A stretch of 64,000 nucleotides of DNA from contig CACIGO010000002.1 of the NCBI GenBank assembly GCA_902586225.1, positions 12,702 through 76,701 of the forward strand, read 5' to 3'. Origin of the DNA: an uncultured Pelagibacteraceae bacterium. GTDB taxonomy: Bacteria > Pseudomonadota > Alphaproteobacteria > Pelagibacterales > Pelagibacteraceae. Under the pieces are notes generated by a model, which saw only the letters and a list, made by a program, of their open reading frames with translations, was not told the DNA's origin and did not search any database. The translations under genes and the position numbers were made by a program. This document shows, one piece after another, positions 28,557 to 38,363 of this stretch (position 1 is its first letter; each line of letters begins with the position of its first letter).

Positions 28557-29858
28557 ATGACTAAACATTTAAAAAAACTTGTCGGTCCTTTAGTAAGTTT
28601 GTTTTTCTTACTAAACATGACAAGTGTAGGTTATGCCGAATCTACAGTCTCTGCAGAAGTTGGATTTATTTTTAATACATTTCTATTTTTAGTTTGTGGT
28701 TTTCTTGTCATGTTTATGGCTTGCGGATTTGCGATGCTAGAATCAGGAATGGTAACTTCTAAAAGTGTATCTGTAATTTGTGCAAAAAATATAGGATTAT
28801 TTTCTATCGCTGGAATTATGTTCTGGATGGTTGGTTATAATCTAGCATATGGAATTCCAGAAGGTGGTTATATAGGAACATTCACTCCGTGGTCTGATGC
28901 AAGTGCTGTTGATACAGGATATGCAGATGGTTCGGATTGGTATTTCCAAATGGTATTCTGTGCAACAACAGTATCAATTGTATCTGGTACGTTAGCAGAA
29001 AGAATTAAATTATGGCCTTTCTTCTTATTTGCAGCAATTTTATCAGGAATCATTTATCCAATTGTCATGGGATGGCAGTGGGGTGGTGGCTGGTTAGCCG
29101 CTTTAGGTTTCTCTGATTTTGCTGGTTCAACTCTTGTACACTCAACTGGTGGTGCTGCAGCTTTAGCAGGTGCCATGTTGTTAGGTGCAAGAACAGGAAG
29201 ATTTGATAAATCAGGTGCAGCTAAGCCAATGAGACCATTTGCTGCTTCTTCTATACCTTTGGTAACAGTTGGAGTATTTATTTTATGGTTAGGTTGGTTC
29301 GGTTTCAACGGTGGTTCACAGCTTGCTATGGGAACTTTCGATGATGCAGTAGCAGTATCTAATATATTTATTAATACAAACTTAGCAGCGTGTGGTGGTG
29401 TATTAGCAGCAGCAGTAATTACTAGATTAATGTATGGTAAAACTGATGTAGTTCAAATGCTTAACGGTGCGATTGGTGGATTAGTTGCAATAACAGCTGA
29501 ACCGCTAGCGCCAGCACCTATAGCAGCAATATTCATTGGTGCAATTGGTGGATTAATAGTAGTGTTTGGAACAAAACTATTATTCTCATTTAAAATTGAT
29601 GATGTTGTTGGTGCAATACCAGCTCACTTATTTGCTGGAGTTTGGGGAACATTAGCTGTTCCACTAACAAACTCTGATGCAAACTTTAGTGCACAGTTAA
29701 TCGGTGTAATCTCGATAAACGCATTTGTTTTCGTAGTGTCGTACATTGTATGGGCAATTATGAAAAACACTATGGGAATCAGATTAAGTAAAGAGGCTGA
29801 ACTGAAAGGTACAGACGTAACCGAAACTGGCGTGATAGCTTACGCAATAAGAGACTAA
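28557..29858 (+). CDS. amtB: Ammonium transporter
   Basis: FAMLESG, FQMVF, DFAGSTLVH, GWFGFNGGS, DDVVGAIPAH; GGAGG SD. Confidence 0.95.
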   Translation: MTKHLKKLVGPLVSLFFLLNMTSVGYAESTVSAEVGFIFNTFLFLVCGFLVMFMACGFAMLESGMVTSKSVSVICAKNIGLFSIAGIMFWMVGYNLAYGIPEGGYIGTFTPWSDASAVDTGYADGSDWYFQMVFCATTVSIVSGTLAERIKLWPFFLFAAILSGIIYPIVMGWQWGGGWLAALGFSDFAGSTLVHSTGGAAALAGAMLLGARTGRFDKSGAAKPMRPFAASSIPLVTVGVFILWLGWFGFNGGSQLAMGTFDDAVAVSNIFINTNLAACGGVLAAAVITRLMYGKTDVVQMLNGAIGGLVAITAEPLAPAPIAAIFIGAIGGLIVVFGTKLLFSFKIDDVVGAIPAHLFAGVWGTLAVPLTNSDANFSAQLIGVISINAFVFVVSYIVWAIMKNTMGIRLSKEAELKGTDVTETGVIAYAIRD

Positions 29859-29885
29859 ATTTAACTCCCTCCCTTAAGTTAAACT

Positions 29886-29915
29886 AAAAAGGCCCCTTAA
29901 ATGGGGCCTTTTTTT
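29886..29915. terminator. Bidirectional intrinsic terminator between amtB and bcp
   Basis: aaaaaggcccc-ttaaat-ggggccttttttt. Confidence 0.85.
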
Positions 29916-29916
29916 A

Positions 29917-30378
29917 TTAAACTGTTTTTAAAAATTCTAATACTTCTTTTGCGTGGTCTTTAACTTTTACTGAACGCCACTCTTTAATAATTTTATCGTC
30001 TTTTATTAAAAATGTGCTTCTTATTAATCCCATAAATTCTCTACCCATGAATTTTTTTTTACCCCAAACTTTATAAGCTTTTATCGCTTCTTTTTTAACG
30101 TCTGCTACCAAATCAAACTTAATTTTAAATTTATCTCTAAATTTTTCATGACTTTCCATACTATCTTTAGAAATACCAATAACTTCGCAATCTAGTTTTT
30201 TAAATTGTGAAAGTAGAGAATTGAAGTCTTTAGTTTCAACAGTGCAACCTGGTGTATTATCCTTTGGATAGAAATATAAAACTTTATATTTACTTTTAAT
30301 TTTATTTAATTCAAAATTACCAGTATTTGTAGAAGGTAATTTAAAATTTGGTGCTCTTTTTTGTGTTATTTTAGACAT
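29917..30378 (-). CDS. bcp: Peroxiredoxin BCP
   Basis: YFYPKDNTPGCTVE, GISKD, RSTFLI. Confidence 0.9.
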   Translation of the reverse strand: MSKITQKRAPNFKLPSTNTGNFELNKIKSKYKVLYFYPKDNTPGCTVETKDFNSLLSQFKKLDCEVIGISKDSMESHEKFRDKFKIKFDLVADVKKEAIKAYKVWGKKKFMGREFMGLIRSTFLIKDDKIIKEWRSVKVKDHAKEVLEFLKTV

Positions 30379-31339
30379 TTTCATTTTCTTTCCATAGTTT
30401 CATATAATTAATATATGGCGATAAACCATATGATGAATTAATATTTGTTATATGAACTGCCAAAGATTTTAAAGGCGATATACATATTTCCTTAGTAAAA
30501 ATTTCATTTATGTGTTTCTCAAATGGATCATTTCTAATTAAACAAGTCTTATTAAAATTATCCCAATATTTTGATAGGTGTTCCTTTGAAACTAAAAAAG
30601 TACATAAAACTTTGTTTATAGATCTCCAATGTCGATTACTGCCAGCAAATATTTTTGATTGATCAATATCTGTGTATAAGTATGGATAATCTGAAGGACA
30701 AACAAATATTTCTCTTTTTAATTGTGATGATAATCTCTCATATGTTTCGATCATTTCAACAAGACATTTTTCCTCGTGAATATAATCATCCTCAACAAAA
30801 TAGACCAAATCTTTAACTTCAAACTTAGCTGTTTCATAACATTTTAACAGGCTAGAGAGATTACTAAAAGTTTCTTTGTTACTATCAAATTGAATTTTGT
30901 TCTTATATTCATCATTTTTGTGATTAATAATTTTATAATCAATAACGCTTTTATCAAGAATATTTTTGAATTCATTATTATCAGATGTATCCAAACTATT
31001 ATCAATTACTAATAATTTTAATTTTATATCATTTCTTAAAGAAGAAAGTGATTTCATAGATTTTATTAATGATATCAAACATCTTTTCGAGTATTCTATT
31101 TTATCAGCTTCAAATATTCTTTTTTTGTTTTGATCCCATATTAAAATATCAATATTAGTTCTAAAAATTATTAATAAATCCCTTACTTTTCTAGTTAATT
31201 TAACTTTACCAAGTGGTATAACTATAGATTTTTTATTATTATCTTTATTAATAAATTTTAGATTGGATTGTTCAATTAGCTCTAAACCTAGTTTTCTCGC
31301 AATTAGTATAAATAATTTTTTTATAATGTTTTTTTTCAT
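30371..31339 (-). CDS. Glycosyltransferase family 2-like protein
   Basis: LLVIDNS and YFVEDDYIH (DxD-type) motifs. Confidence 0.55.
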   Translation of the reverse strand: MKKNIIKKLFILIARKLGLELIEQSNLKFINKDNNKKSIVIPLGKVKLTRKVRDLLIIFRTNIDILIWDQNKKRIFEADKIEYSKRCLISLIKSMKSLSSLRNDIKLKLLVIDNSLDTSDNNEFKNILDKSVIDYKIINHKNDEYKNKIQFDSNKETFSNLSSLLKCYETAKFEVKDLVYFVEDDYIHEEKCLVEMIETYERLSSQLKREIFVCPSDYPYLYTDIDQSKIFAGSNRHWRSINKVLCTFLVSKEHLSKYWDNFNKTCLIRNDPFEKHINEIFTKEICISPLKSLAVHITNINSSYGLSPYINYMKLWKENENV

Positions 31340-31368
31340 TTATTTTGATATGTATTATCTTAAATTAT

Positions 31369-31755
31369 ATGGGTATAAAATCATCAAAAGAATTAGTTTC
31401 AGAAGCACTTTCTCAAATTAAAACTTTAACAACTAGTGAAGCATTGGAGTTGGTTAATAAAGATCAATGTAATTTGATTGATCTACGAGATGTCAGAGAA
31501 TTAGAAAAAATGGGGAGAATAGAAAATTCTCATCACATTCCTAGAGGAATGTTAGAGTTTTGGATGGATCCAGACAGTCCGTACTTTAAAGAAGGCAAGA
31601 TAGACATGAATAAAGAAATGGTATTGTTCTGTGCAGGAGGATTGAGATCAGCTTTAGCAACAAAATCATTAAAAGAAATGGGGTTTGAAAAAATATCACA
31701 TGTAGAAGGTGGATTTTCTCAAATGAAGATTGCTGGATTTAAAGTAATCAAATAA
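31369..31755 (+). CDS. Rhodanese-like domain protein
   Basis: LIDLRD..E, PRGMLEF, FCAGGLRSA, GGF. Confidence 0.9.
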   Translation: MGIKSSKELVSEALSQIKTLTTSEALELVNKDQCNLIDLRDVRELEKMGRIENSHHIPRGMLEFWMDPDSPYFKEGKIDMNKEMVLFCAGGLRSALATKSLKEMGFEKISHVEGGFSQMKIAGFKVIK

Positions 31756-31757
31756 TT

Positions 31758-32231
31758 TTAGTCAAACAAAGTAATTCTTTTTGCAAAAAAGATTCTAATT
31801 ATCCAATAAATAAATAATCCAATCGGCCCAATAAAATAAGTAATAATTAAAGGAAAAAAGATTAATATTTTTGACATATAGAACCTTTGACTGTCTCTAA
31901 CAATCCAAGATCCACAAAATAAATTTATAGCTAAGAAGTGTGTCCAAAATAAAATTAAAAACTCATTATTCTCAAAAAGCTCAGCTAGATCATAAAAACT
32001 TAAGTACAAAATAAAGTTTTTATCAAAATCATATCCTGCAAAAAAGAATATATATAATAGATAAACATAAACATTTGCCAAAATAAATGTTGGAATTATT
32101 GATGTAACAAATAAACCACAAACTTTAGTTTGTGGAAAAATAATAAGCATTAACCAAAATGGTATTACACCTATATTCAACCACATATAGATCATTTCTA
32201 CTGTAAAAAATGCAGATATTTGTTCAATCAT
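31758..32231 (-). CDS. ABA4-like (DUF4281) membrane protein
   Basis: PFWLMLIIFP, WTHFLAINLFCGSWI.RD, GPIGL. Confidence 0.75.
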   Translation of the reverse strand: MIEQISAFFTVEMIYMWLNIGVIPFWLMLIIFPQTKVCGLFVTSIIPTFILANVYVYLLYIFFFAGYDFDKNFILYLSFYDLAELFENNEFLILFWTHFLAINLFCGSWIVRDSQRFYMSKILIFFPLIITYFIGPIGLFIYWIIRIFFAKRITLFD

Positions 32232-32258
32232 CAGGGTTATATTATATTAAATGCAATA

Positions 32259-32822
32259 ATGATTCCTATAAAAAATAAAAAAAAAAATTTAGAAGCGACA
32301 ATTGATGAAATGCGCAACTTTGCACTTAATTATGTAGAAAAATTTGCACCATCAAAACAACAGCTAAAAACATATCTTTTAAAGAAATATTTAAGATCTA
32401 AAGTTGATAACGTTAAAAGAAGCAATATTTCAGATCTAATCGAGATTGTTGCTGAAGATTTAGAAAAATCTAAATTTATTAATGATAAATTTTATTCAGA
32501 AACAAAAGCAAAAAGTCTAATCCAAAGAGGTTCATCAATAAATAAGATTAGAAATTATTTAATAAGCAAAGGAGTTGGAGAAAAATACATAAAAAATACA
32601 ATTGAACAAATTAATGAAAATAATGAAGATCAAGATTTTTTTTCAGCCATAAAAGTTTGTAAAAAAAAAAGAATTGGTCCTTCAAGAACTGAAGATAATA
32701 GACCTTTATTCTATAAAAAAGATATTGGTATATTAGCAAGATCTGGATTTGATTTTGAAGTTTCCAGAAGAGTAATGGAGCTAGATAAAGAGGAATATTT
32801 AAAAATTATAAATCTTCTTTAG
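32259..32822 (+). CDS. recX: RecX family regulator
   Basis: ALNYVEKFAPS, FINDKFY, RGSS..KIR..L..KGV, LARSGF. Confidence 0.8.
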   Translation: MIPIKNKKKNLEATIDEMRNFALNYVEKFAPSKQQLKTYLLKKYLRSKVDNVKRSNISDLIEIVAEDLEKSKFINDKFYSETKAKSLIQRGSSINKIRNYLISKGVGEKYIKNTIEQINENNEDQDFFSAIKVCKKKRIGPSRTEDNRPLFYKKDIGILARSGFDFEVSRRVMELDKEEYLKIINLL

Positions 32823-32955
32823 ATTTTTTATTCTTTTCTTCTAAATAATACTGAATTTTACTTTTGATATAGTTTTTTACTATCACAAATAGTATTAATC
32901 CAAAAATAGATACAGAAACTATTATAATTAATATTATTCTTAATTGTTCACTCAT
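32806..32955 (-). CDS. 49-aa single-TM protein (not in ORF track)
   Basis: MSEQLRIILIIIVSVSIFGLILFVIVKNYIKSKIQYYLEEKNKKSKEDL; ATG coupled to cysQ stop (TAATG). Confidence 0.55.
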   Translation of the reverse strand: MSEQLRIILIIIVSVSIFGLILFVIVKNYIKSKIQYYLEEKNKKSKEDL

Positions 32956-33725
32956 TATATATTTTTATTTCTTTTCAAAATTATACTAGGATTTTTAAAA
33001 TTTTCTTTTCCGTAAAGTATTTCATTTCCCTCAAAATCTGTAACTATACCCCCCGCATTTTCAAGAATAGCATGCCCAGCAGCTATATCCCATTCACATG
33101 CTCTAGGCTCTGCAACGTAGCCGTCGTATTCATTTGAAGCTATTACACAAAATTTTAAAGAACTTTTCATCCTTTTAAATTCGCTAACATTCATTGTTTG
33201 GTATATTTTGTTTATTTCAGGTTTTAGTTTATTTGAATATGATACAAATTTAATTTTATTATTTGAAGTCTTTGTACAGTCTAATTTTACATGTTTATTA
33301 TTAATTATTTCAAATGAACAACCTTTTTCATAAGAATAAAATAATCTATTTTTAGCTGGTGCGTATATTATACCTGCTACAGCTCGATTGTTAATTATTA
33401 AACCAGCATTTAGAGTAAATTCGTCAAGATCATTAATATAATCATAAGTACCATCAATTGGATCTATTAGCCAAAAATTTTTTAAATCTTTCTTGGATTT
33501 ATTATGACTAGTTTCTTCTGATACAATCGGTATTTGAGGAGTTAAGTCACTTATTTTTTCAGTTAAAATTCTATTAACTTCAAGATCACCATTGCTAACA
33601 GGTGTGTTATCTTCCTTAATTTCTTTTTTTAATCCTTTTTCTCTTAATTCTATTGAAACTTTTCCTGCGTATAAAAAAGTGTCAATCAATTTTTCAATAG
33701 CTGCCTTTATTTCGATTTGTTTCAT
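32955..33725 (-). CDS. cysQ: 3'(2'),5'-bisphosphate nucleotidase CysQ
   Basis: VSEE, WLIDPIDGT, SSLKFC, EWDIAAGHAIL. Confidence 0.9.
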   Translation of the reverse strand: MKQIEIKAAIEKLIDTFLYAGKVSIELREKGLKKEIKEDNTPVSNGDLEVNRILTEKISDLTPQIPIVSEETSHNKSKKDLKNFWLIDPIDGTYDYINDLDEFTLNAGLIINNRAVAGIIYAPAKNRLFYSYEKGCSFEIINNKHVKLDCTKTSNNKIKFVSYSNKLKPEINKIYQTMNVSEFKRMKSSLKFCVIASNEYDGYVAEPRACEWDIAAGHAILENAGGIVTDFEGNEILYGKENFKNPSIILKRNKNI

Positions 33726-33893
33726 TTATTCTAACTTTTCTAATTCGATATTTTTAGCATTGATAACTTTTTTTCCTACATTTTCGAAATTCACAGTTAC
33801 TTTTTCCTTAATAATTGATTGCACTTGTCCTATTCCCCAATCTTTATTATTAGGATTTATAACTTTATCACCTGGTTCAAAATCTAAAATCAT
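33726..33893 (-). CDS. DUF3553-like small protein (not in ORF track)
   Basis: [55 protein letters not shown]. Confidence 0.75.
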   Translation of the reverse strand: MILDFEPGDKVINPNNKDWGIGQVQSIIKEKVTVNFENVGKKVINAKNIELEKLE

Positions 33894-33934
33894 TTGATTT
33901 TACTTATAATAGAAATGTGTATAAATACCACCAC

Positions 33935-35050
33935 ATGAATTTAGAGTTAAACTCAATTGGATTAGATAAGAAACCTACTGATACAAAAGTAATTGTAGCT
34001 ATGTCTGGTGGTGTAGACTCATCTACAGTTGCAGGTTTGATGAAAATGCAAGGATATAATGTTACCGGTATAACATTAAAACTATACAACGATAGTAAAG
34101 AAGTTGTTAAATCAAAAGTATGTTGCTCAGGCCAAGATGTTATAGATGCAAAAAGAGTTGCTCATAAATTAAATATTGATCATAAAATTCTTTATTACCA
34201 AGATAAATTTAAGCAAGGTGTTATTGATAATTTTGTAGAAAGTTACTTAAAAGGAGAAACTCCAATACCATGCGTACAGTGTAATCAAACTGTCAAATTT
34301 AAAGATTTGTATGAAGTTGCTAAAGATTTAAATGCTGATGCTTTGATTACAGGTCATTATGTAAAAAATATAACAATAAATGAAAAAAATAATATGTATA
34401 GAGCAGTAGATGAAAATAGAGATCAAAGTTATTTTCTATTTAATACTACAAGAGAGCAATTAAATTATTTACGATTTCCATTAGGTGGAATGTTAAAAAA
34501 TGAAACTAGAGATATCGCCAAAAAACTAAATTTAAATGTTGCAGATAAGCCAGATAGTCAAGATATATGTTTTGTTCCTAACGGAGACTATTCATCAGTA
34601 ATAAAAAAGTTTAAGCCAGATTCCTTAAAAAAAGGTAATATTAAAAATCTAAATGGTGAAGTAATTGGTGTGCACGATGGAATTATAAATTTTACTATTG
34701 GCCAAAGAAAAGGAATTAAAGTAGCCGACAAAGACGCATTATATGTAATTAAAATTGATGCTGAAAATAATGAAATTATTGTTGGTGGAAGAGAGCACCT
34801 TGGAAAAAAGAAAATTAATTTAAAAAATATAAATTTATTGTCAGACCAGAGTGAATTATTTGAAGATGTGCTAGTTAAAGTTAGATCTACTGGCAAACTA
34901 TTAGATGCAAAAGTAAATTTATTAAATCAAAATGAAGCTGAGGTTAATTTAAAAAAGCCAGAGGATGGTATATCTCCCGGACAAGCTTGTGTTTTTTATA
35001 AAAAAGATCAATTTGGTGACAAAGTACTTGGTGGAGGCTGGATCAAATAG
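33935..35050 (+). CDS. mnmA: tRNA 2-thiouridine(34) synthase MnmA
   Basis: [40 protein letters not shown]. Confidence 0.95.
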   Translation: MNLELNSIGLDKKPTDTKVIVAMSGGVDSSTVAGLMKMQGYNVTGITLKLYNDSKEVVKSKVCCSGQDVIDAKRVAHKLNIDHKILYYQDKFKQGVIDNFVESYLKGETPIPCVQCNQTVKFKDLYEVAKDLNADALITGHYVKNITINEKNNMYRAVDENRDQSYFLFNTTREQLNYLRFPLGGMLKNETRDIAKKLNLNVADKPDSQDICFVPNGDYSSVIKKFKPDSLKKGNIKNLNGEVIGVHDGIINFTIGQRKGIKVADKDALYVIKIDAENNEIIVGGREHLGKKKINLKNINLLSDQSELFEDVLVKVRSTGKLLDAKVNLLNQNEAEVNLKKPEDGISPGQACVFYKKDQFGDKVLGGGWIK

Positions 35051-35798
35051 TAACCCTTCTCCAACTCAAAGAATAAAGTAAATAAAATAAGAAAATTGCA
35101 AAAAAATAATTCCACTCTAAAATTAAAATAAAAGTTTTTGAGTTTTCAAATAAAAGTAAAAATAGGCTTAGAAATAAAACAATTAAAAGTATCTGTACAA
35201 GAAAATATTGCATTTTAAAAAAAATGTTTTTCAATTCTAGATAAGTTTCAGAAGCTTTTTTTACACATTTTACAAAATAAAATTTTGTGGATATTGCAAA
35301 TAGCACACAACATGCAAGGTTTAATCTTATTAAAAACTTATATAAATCGTAATCGTATTTAATACCTAAAAATATACTATGTATGATTAAAGTTATTCCA
35401 CTTATTAATCCAAAATAATAAAATTTATTGACCAGTTTTTTGTCAACATTTACATCTGCAAATATTTTTTTTTGATTTCTCCAAAAGAGGCATAATAAAA
35501 TTCCTGTAAATATCATTAAAGGTTTAAATACTAACCAGTTTGGAAATACCCTACCCAATCTACTTATAGAGGTCGCGCCATCAACATAAGGTATTATAAA
35601 TCCAAGTCTTTGAACATCTTGTTTATCTCTAAGAGCTTTACCAGCGTCATAAATTTTAATGTCTTTATAATAATTTCCAGGTATTGGTTTTTGTTTAAAT
35701 TGAAAACTTTGTGAAAATATTAAAATAGAGTTAACAGTTAACAAGGGTATTAAAAAGATAACCAAACCCAATATTCTGGATTTGGAAACAAGTTTCAT
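35043..35798 (-). CDS. Hypothetical multi-TM protein (Frag1/DRAM-like PYxDG.SIS motif)
   Basis: [12 protein letters not shown], about 6 TMs, LEWNYF. Confidence 0.6.
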   Translation of the reverse strand: MKLVSKSRILGLVIFLIPLLTVNSILIFSQSFQFKQKPIPGNYYKDIKIYDAGKALRDKQDVQRLGFIIPYVDGATSISRLGRVFPNWLVFKPLMIFTGILLCLFWRNQKKIFADVNVDKKLVNKFYYFGLISGITLIIHSIFLGIKYDYDLYKFLIRLNLACCVLFAISTKFYFVKCVKKASETYLELKNIFFKMQYFLVQILLIVLFLSLFLLLFENSKTFILILEWNYFFAIFLFYLLYSLSWRRVTI

Positions 35799-35807
35799 AA
35801 ATAAAGC

Positions 35808-35891
35808 CTATTTTTTTTTGTTTTTCTTTCTTGCTCTTCTTTTTTTTGAGCCCATCTTTCTTCGGCCTCTATGCTTTTTAGGGTATCCCAT
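35808..35891 (-). CDS. 27-aa highly basic microprotein MGYPKKHRGRRKMGSKKRRARKKNKKK
   Basis: Manual translation; strong SD AAGGAG a few nt upstream of the ATG. Confidence 0.6.
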   Translation of the reverse strand: MGYPKKHRGRRKMGSKKRRARKKNKKK

Positions 35892-35967
35892 AATCTCCTT
35901 AGTTTTACAATTTTATTGACTTATTTGAGGGATATAGCATTGTCAATATAACTAATCAATTTTTTTT

Positions 35968-37146
35968 ATGGATTATTCAGTTAAAACTTTTTTAAAACAA
36001 GTAGGAAAAGATTATTTAAATCAGTCAGTTAATCCGCCAGTAGTAAGAGCTTCAACGATAATATTTAAAACTCTTCAAGATATAAAGAAAACACAAAGTA
36101 ATTATAAAAAAAATCCCTTAAGCAAAAATTTTGATTATGGTCGAAAAGGAACATCGACAACTTTTTCACTACAAGAACTATTAAGAAAAATTGAAAATGC
36201 TTATCAAGTGTATTTAACTCCAACAGGATTTGGCGCAGTTTTTCTTGGAGTGATTAGTGTTGTAAGACCTGGTGATGAAATCATTATTACTGACTCAGTC
36301 TACTCTCCCACAAGATTTTTAACCGAAGACTATTTAAAAAAATTCAATATTAAAGCAGTATTTTATGATCCAAAAAACTTAGATGACTTAAAAAAAAAAA
36401 TTACAAATAAGACTAAACTTATTTTTGTTGAAAACCCAGGAAGCAACACATTTGAATTTCAAGATTTAAAAAAAATATTATCTTTTGCTAAGAATAAGAA
36501 TATTTATACAGCTATTGATAACACCTGGGGAACACCTTATTTAATCAAGCCTTTAGACTTAGGCTTTGATATGTCTATAGTTTCAGCGACAAAATATTAT
36601 TCTGGTCATTCAGATGTTATGGGTGGCAGTTTAGCTATTAAAAAAAGACTTTTTAAACAAGTGGAATTAAGTCAAAAAGCAGTTGGTTTAAGACTAAGTC
36701 CTGATGATGCTTATTTAATTATGAGAGGAATAAGAACGTTAGATATTAGGTTAGACAAACATCAAGAAAATACCATCAAGATAGCTAATTTTTTGAGCAA
36801 ACAAAAAAAAGTTAAAGAGGTTTTTTACCCAATTAAAAAAAATATTAAACAATACAAAATGTGGAAAAAGTATTATTCAGGATCATCTGGGTTAATTGGT
36901 GTAAAAATTATTTCTAGAAATAAAAATTCTGTAATTAAATTTTTAAATAAACTAAAATTATTTGCCCATGGTTACAGTTGGGGTGGATTTGAAAGTCTTG
37001 CTTTATATCAAGACAAATTGGCACTGGGCAACAGGAGCTACACAAAGCTGAGTAATAATGAACATATTATAAGATTACATATTGGTTTAGAAGACCCAAA
37101 TGATTTGATTGCTGACATTAAACAGGCTATTACATCTGTTAGATGA
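35968..37146 (+). CDS. metC: Cystathionine beta-lyase
   Basis: VNPPVVRAST, YGRKGT, ENPGS, DNTWGT, SATKYYSGHSD, SWGGFESL. Confidence 0.9.
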   Translation: MDYSVKTFLKQVGKDYLNQSVNPPVVRASTIIFKTLQDIKKTQSNYKKNPLSKNFDYGRKGTSTTFSLQELLRKIENAYQVYLTPTGFGAVFLGVISVVRPGDEIIITDSVYSPTRFLTEDYLKKFNIKAVFYDPKNLDDLKKKITNKTKLIFVENPGSNTFEFQDLKKILSFAKNKNIYTAIDNTWGTPYLIKPLDLGFDMSIVSATKYYSGHSDVMGGSLAIKKRLFKQVELSQKAVGLRLSPDDAYLIMRGIRTLDIRLDKHQENTIKIANFLSKQKKVKEVFYPIKKNIKQYKMWKKYYSGSSGLIGVKIISRNKNSVIKFLNKLKLFAHGYSWGGFESLALYQDKLALGNRSYTKLSNNEHIIRLHIGLEDPNDLIADIKQAITSVR

Positions 37147-38363
37147 ATGACACCAAATTTTTTCCAACAAAAAAAGCAATAGTTACTGTAATAGCTGCAT
37201 CTGTTGTTGTTATTATTGCATTAGGAATAAGACAAACTTTTGGAATGTTTTATTTTGATTTTGCAACTGATTTAGATATCACCATAACACAGTTCGGTTT
37301 TACAATGGGATTACAGCTCTTATTGTGGGGTGTTTTCAGTCCTATGTTTGGGATTATTACGGATAAGTATGGTGGTAATATTGCAATCTTTATTGGTTTT
37401 GTTTTTTATTTGTTGGCAATTTTATTGTTTTATTCAGGTTTTAATACTGGTTATTATTTTACTATAACAATTGGAATATTAGTTGGCGTTGGACTGGGAT
37501 CCACAGCTATCAGTATACCTGTTTCAGTTGTTGCAAAACATTTCCCAGTTTCAAGCAGGACAATAGCAACAGGCATAGTGACATCAGCAGGATCTTTTGG
37601 ATATTTTATATCACCATTAATTACTAGATATTCACTCGTTGAACATGGGTGGGAAAATACAATGTTATTTTTCTGTTTCTTTTTAGGTTTAGGATTAATT
37701 GTGGCATTATTTGTTTCAACACCAAAAATACCTGTTGGCACAAATCAAAATAACAATCAAACAGCTAGAGAAGCTTTAAAAGAGGCTTTTTCAAATAAAA
37801 GTTACATCTATCTTACGTTAGGTTTCTTTGTATGTGGTTGGCACATTGCTTTAGTTGCAACTCATATACCCACGTATATGATTGATAAAGGATTACCTGA
37901 TTGGTGTGCAGCAATGGTTTTGGCTTTAATCGGACTTTTTAATATGGTTGGAACAATTACAAGTGGATATCTTGCAACTAGATACAGTCAAAAAATTCTA
38001 TTAAGTGCAATTTACCTACTAAGAGGAGTGTCAATTATTTATTTCATATTCCTACCACCAAGTGTTTTTAATTCAGTAATCTTTGGAATTACTTTTGGAA
38101 TGTTGTGGCTATCAACAGTTCCACCAACCAATGGAATCATAGGAAAAGTATTTGGAACTAAGTATATCGGATTATTATATGGAATTGTTTTTGTAAGTCA
38201 TCAAATTGGATCTTTTTTAGGAGCTTATTTGAGTGGAGTTTTCTATGAACTTAACGGCAATTTTGATTATGCTTGGTACATATCTATCGCATTATCTATT
38301 TTTGCTGGTTTGATACATTTACCTATAAAAGAGAAGCCAATTGAAAGACAGCAAATCGCATAA
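37143..38363 (+). CDS. MFS transporter
   Basis: About 12 TMs, GIRQTFG, GFFVCGWH, SHQIGSFLGA. Confidence 0.9.
   Translation: MNDTKFFPTKKAIVTVIAASVVVIIALGIRQTFGMFYFDFATDLDITITQFGFTMGLQLLLWGVFSPMFGIITDKYGGNIAIFIGFVFYLLAILLFYSGFNTGYYFTITIGILVGVGLGSTAISIPVSVVAKHFPVSSRTIATGIVTSAGSFGYFISPLITRYSLVEHGWENTMLFFCFFLGLGLIVALFVSTPKIPVGTNQNNNQTAREALKEAFSNKSYIYLTLGFFVCGWHIALVATHIPTYMIDKGLPDWCAAMVLALIGLFNMVGTITSGYLATRYSQKILLSAIYLLRGVSIIYFIFLPPSVFNSVIFGITFGMLWLSTVPPTNGIIGKVFGTKYIGLLYGIVFVSHQIGSFLGAYLSGVFYELNGNFDYAWYISIALSIFAGLIHLPIKEKPIERQQIA

Noticed and set aside
33592-33897. 101-aa plus-strand ORF
   Set aside because: Shadow of cysQ and the DUF3553-like gene on the minus strand
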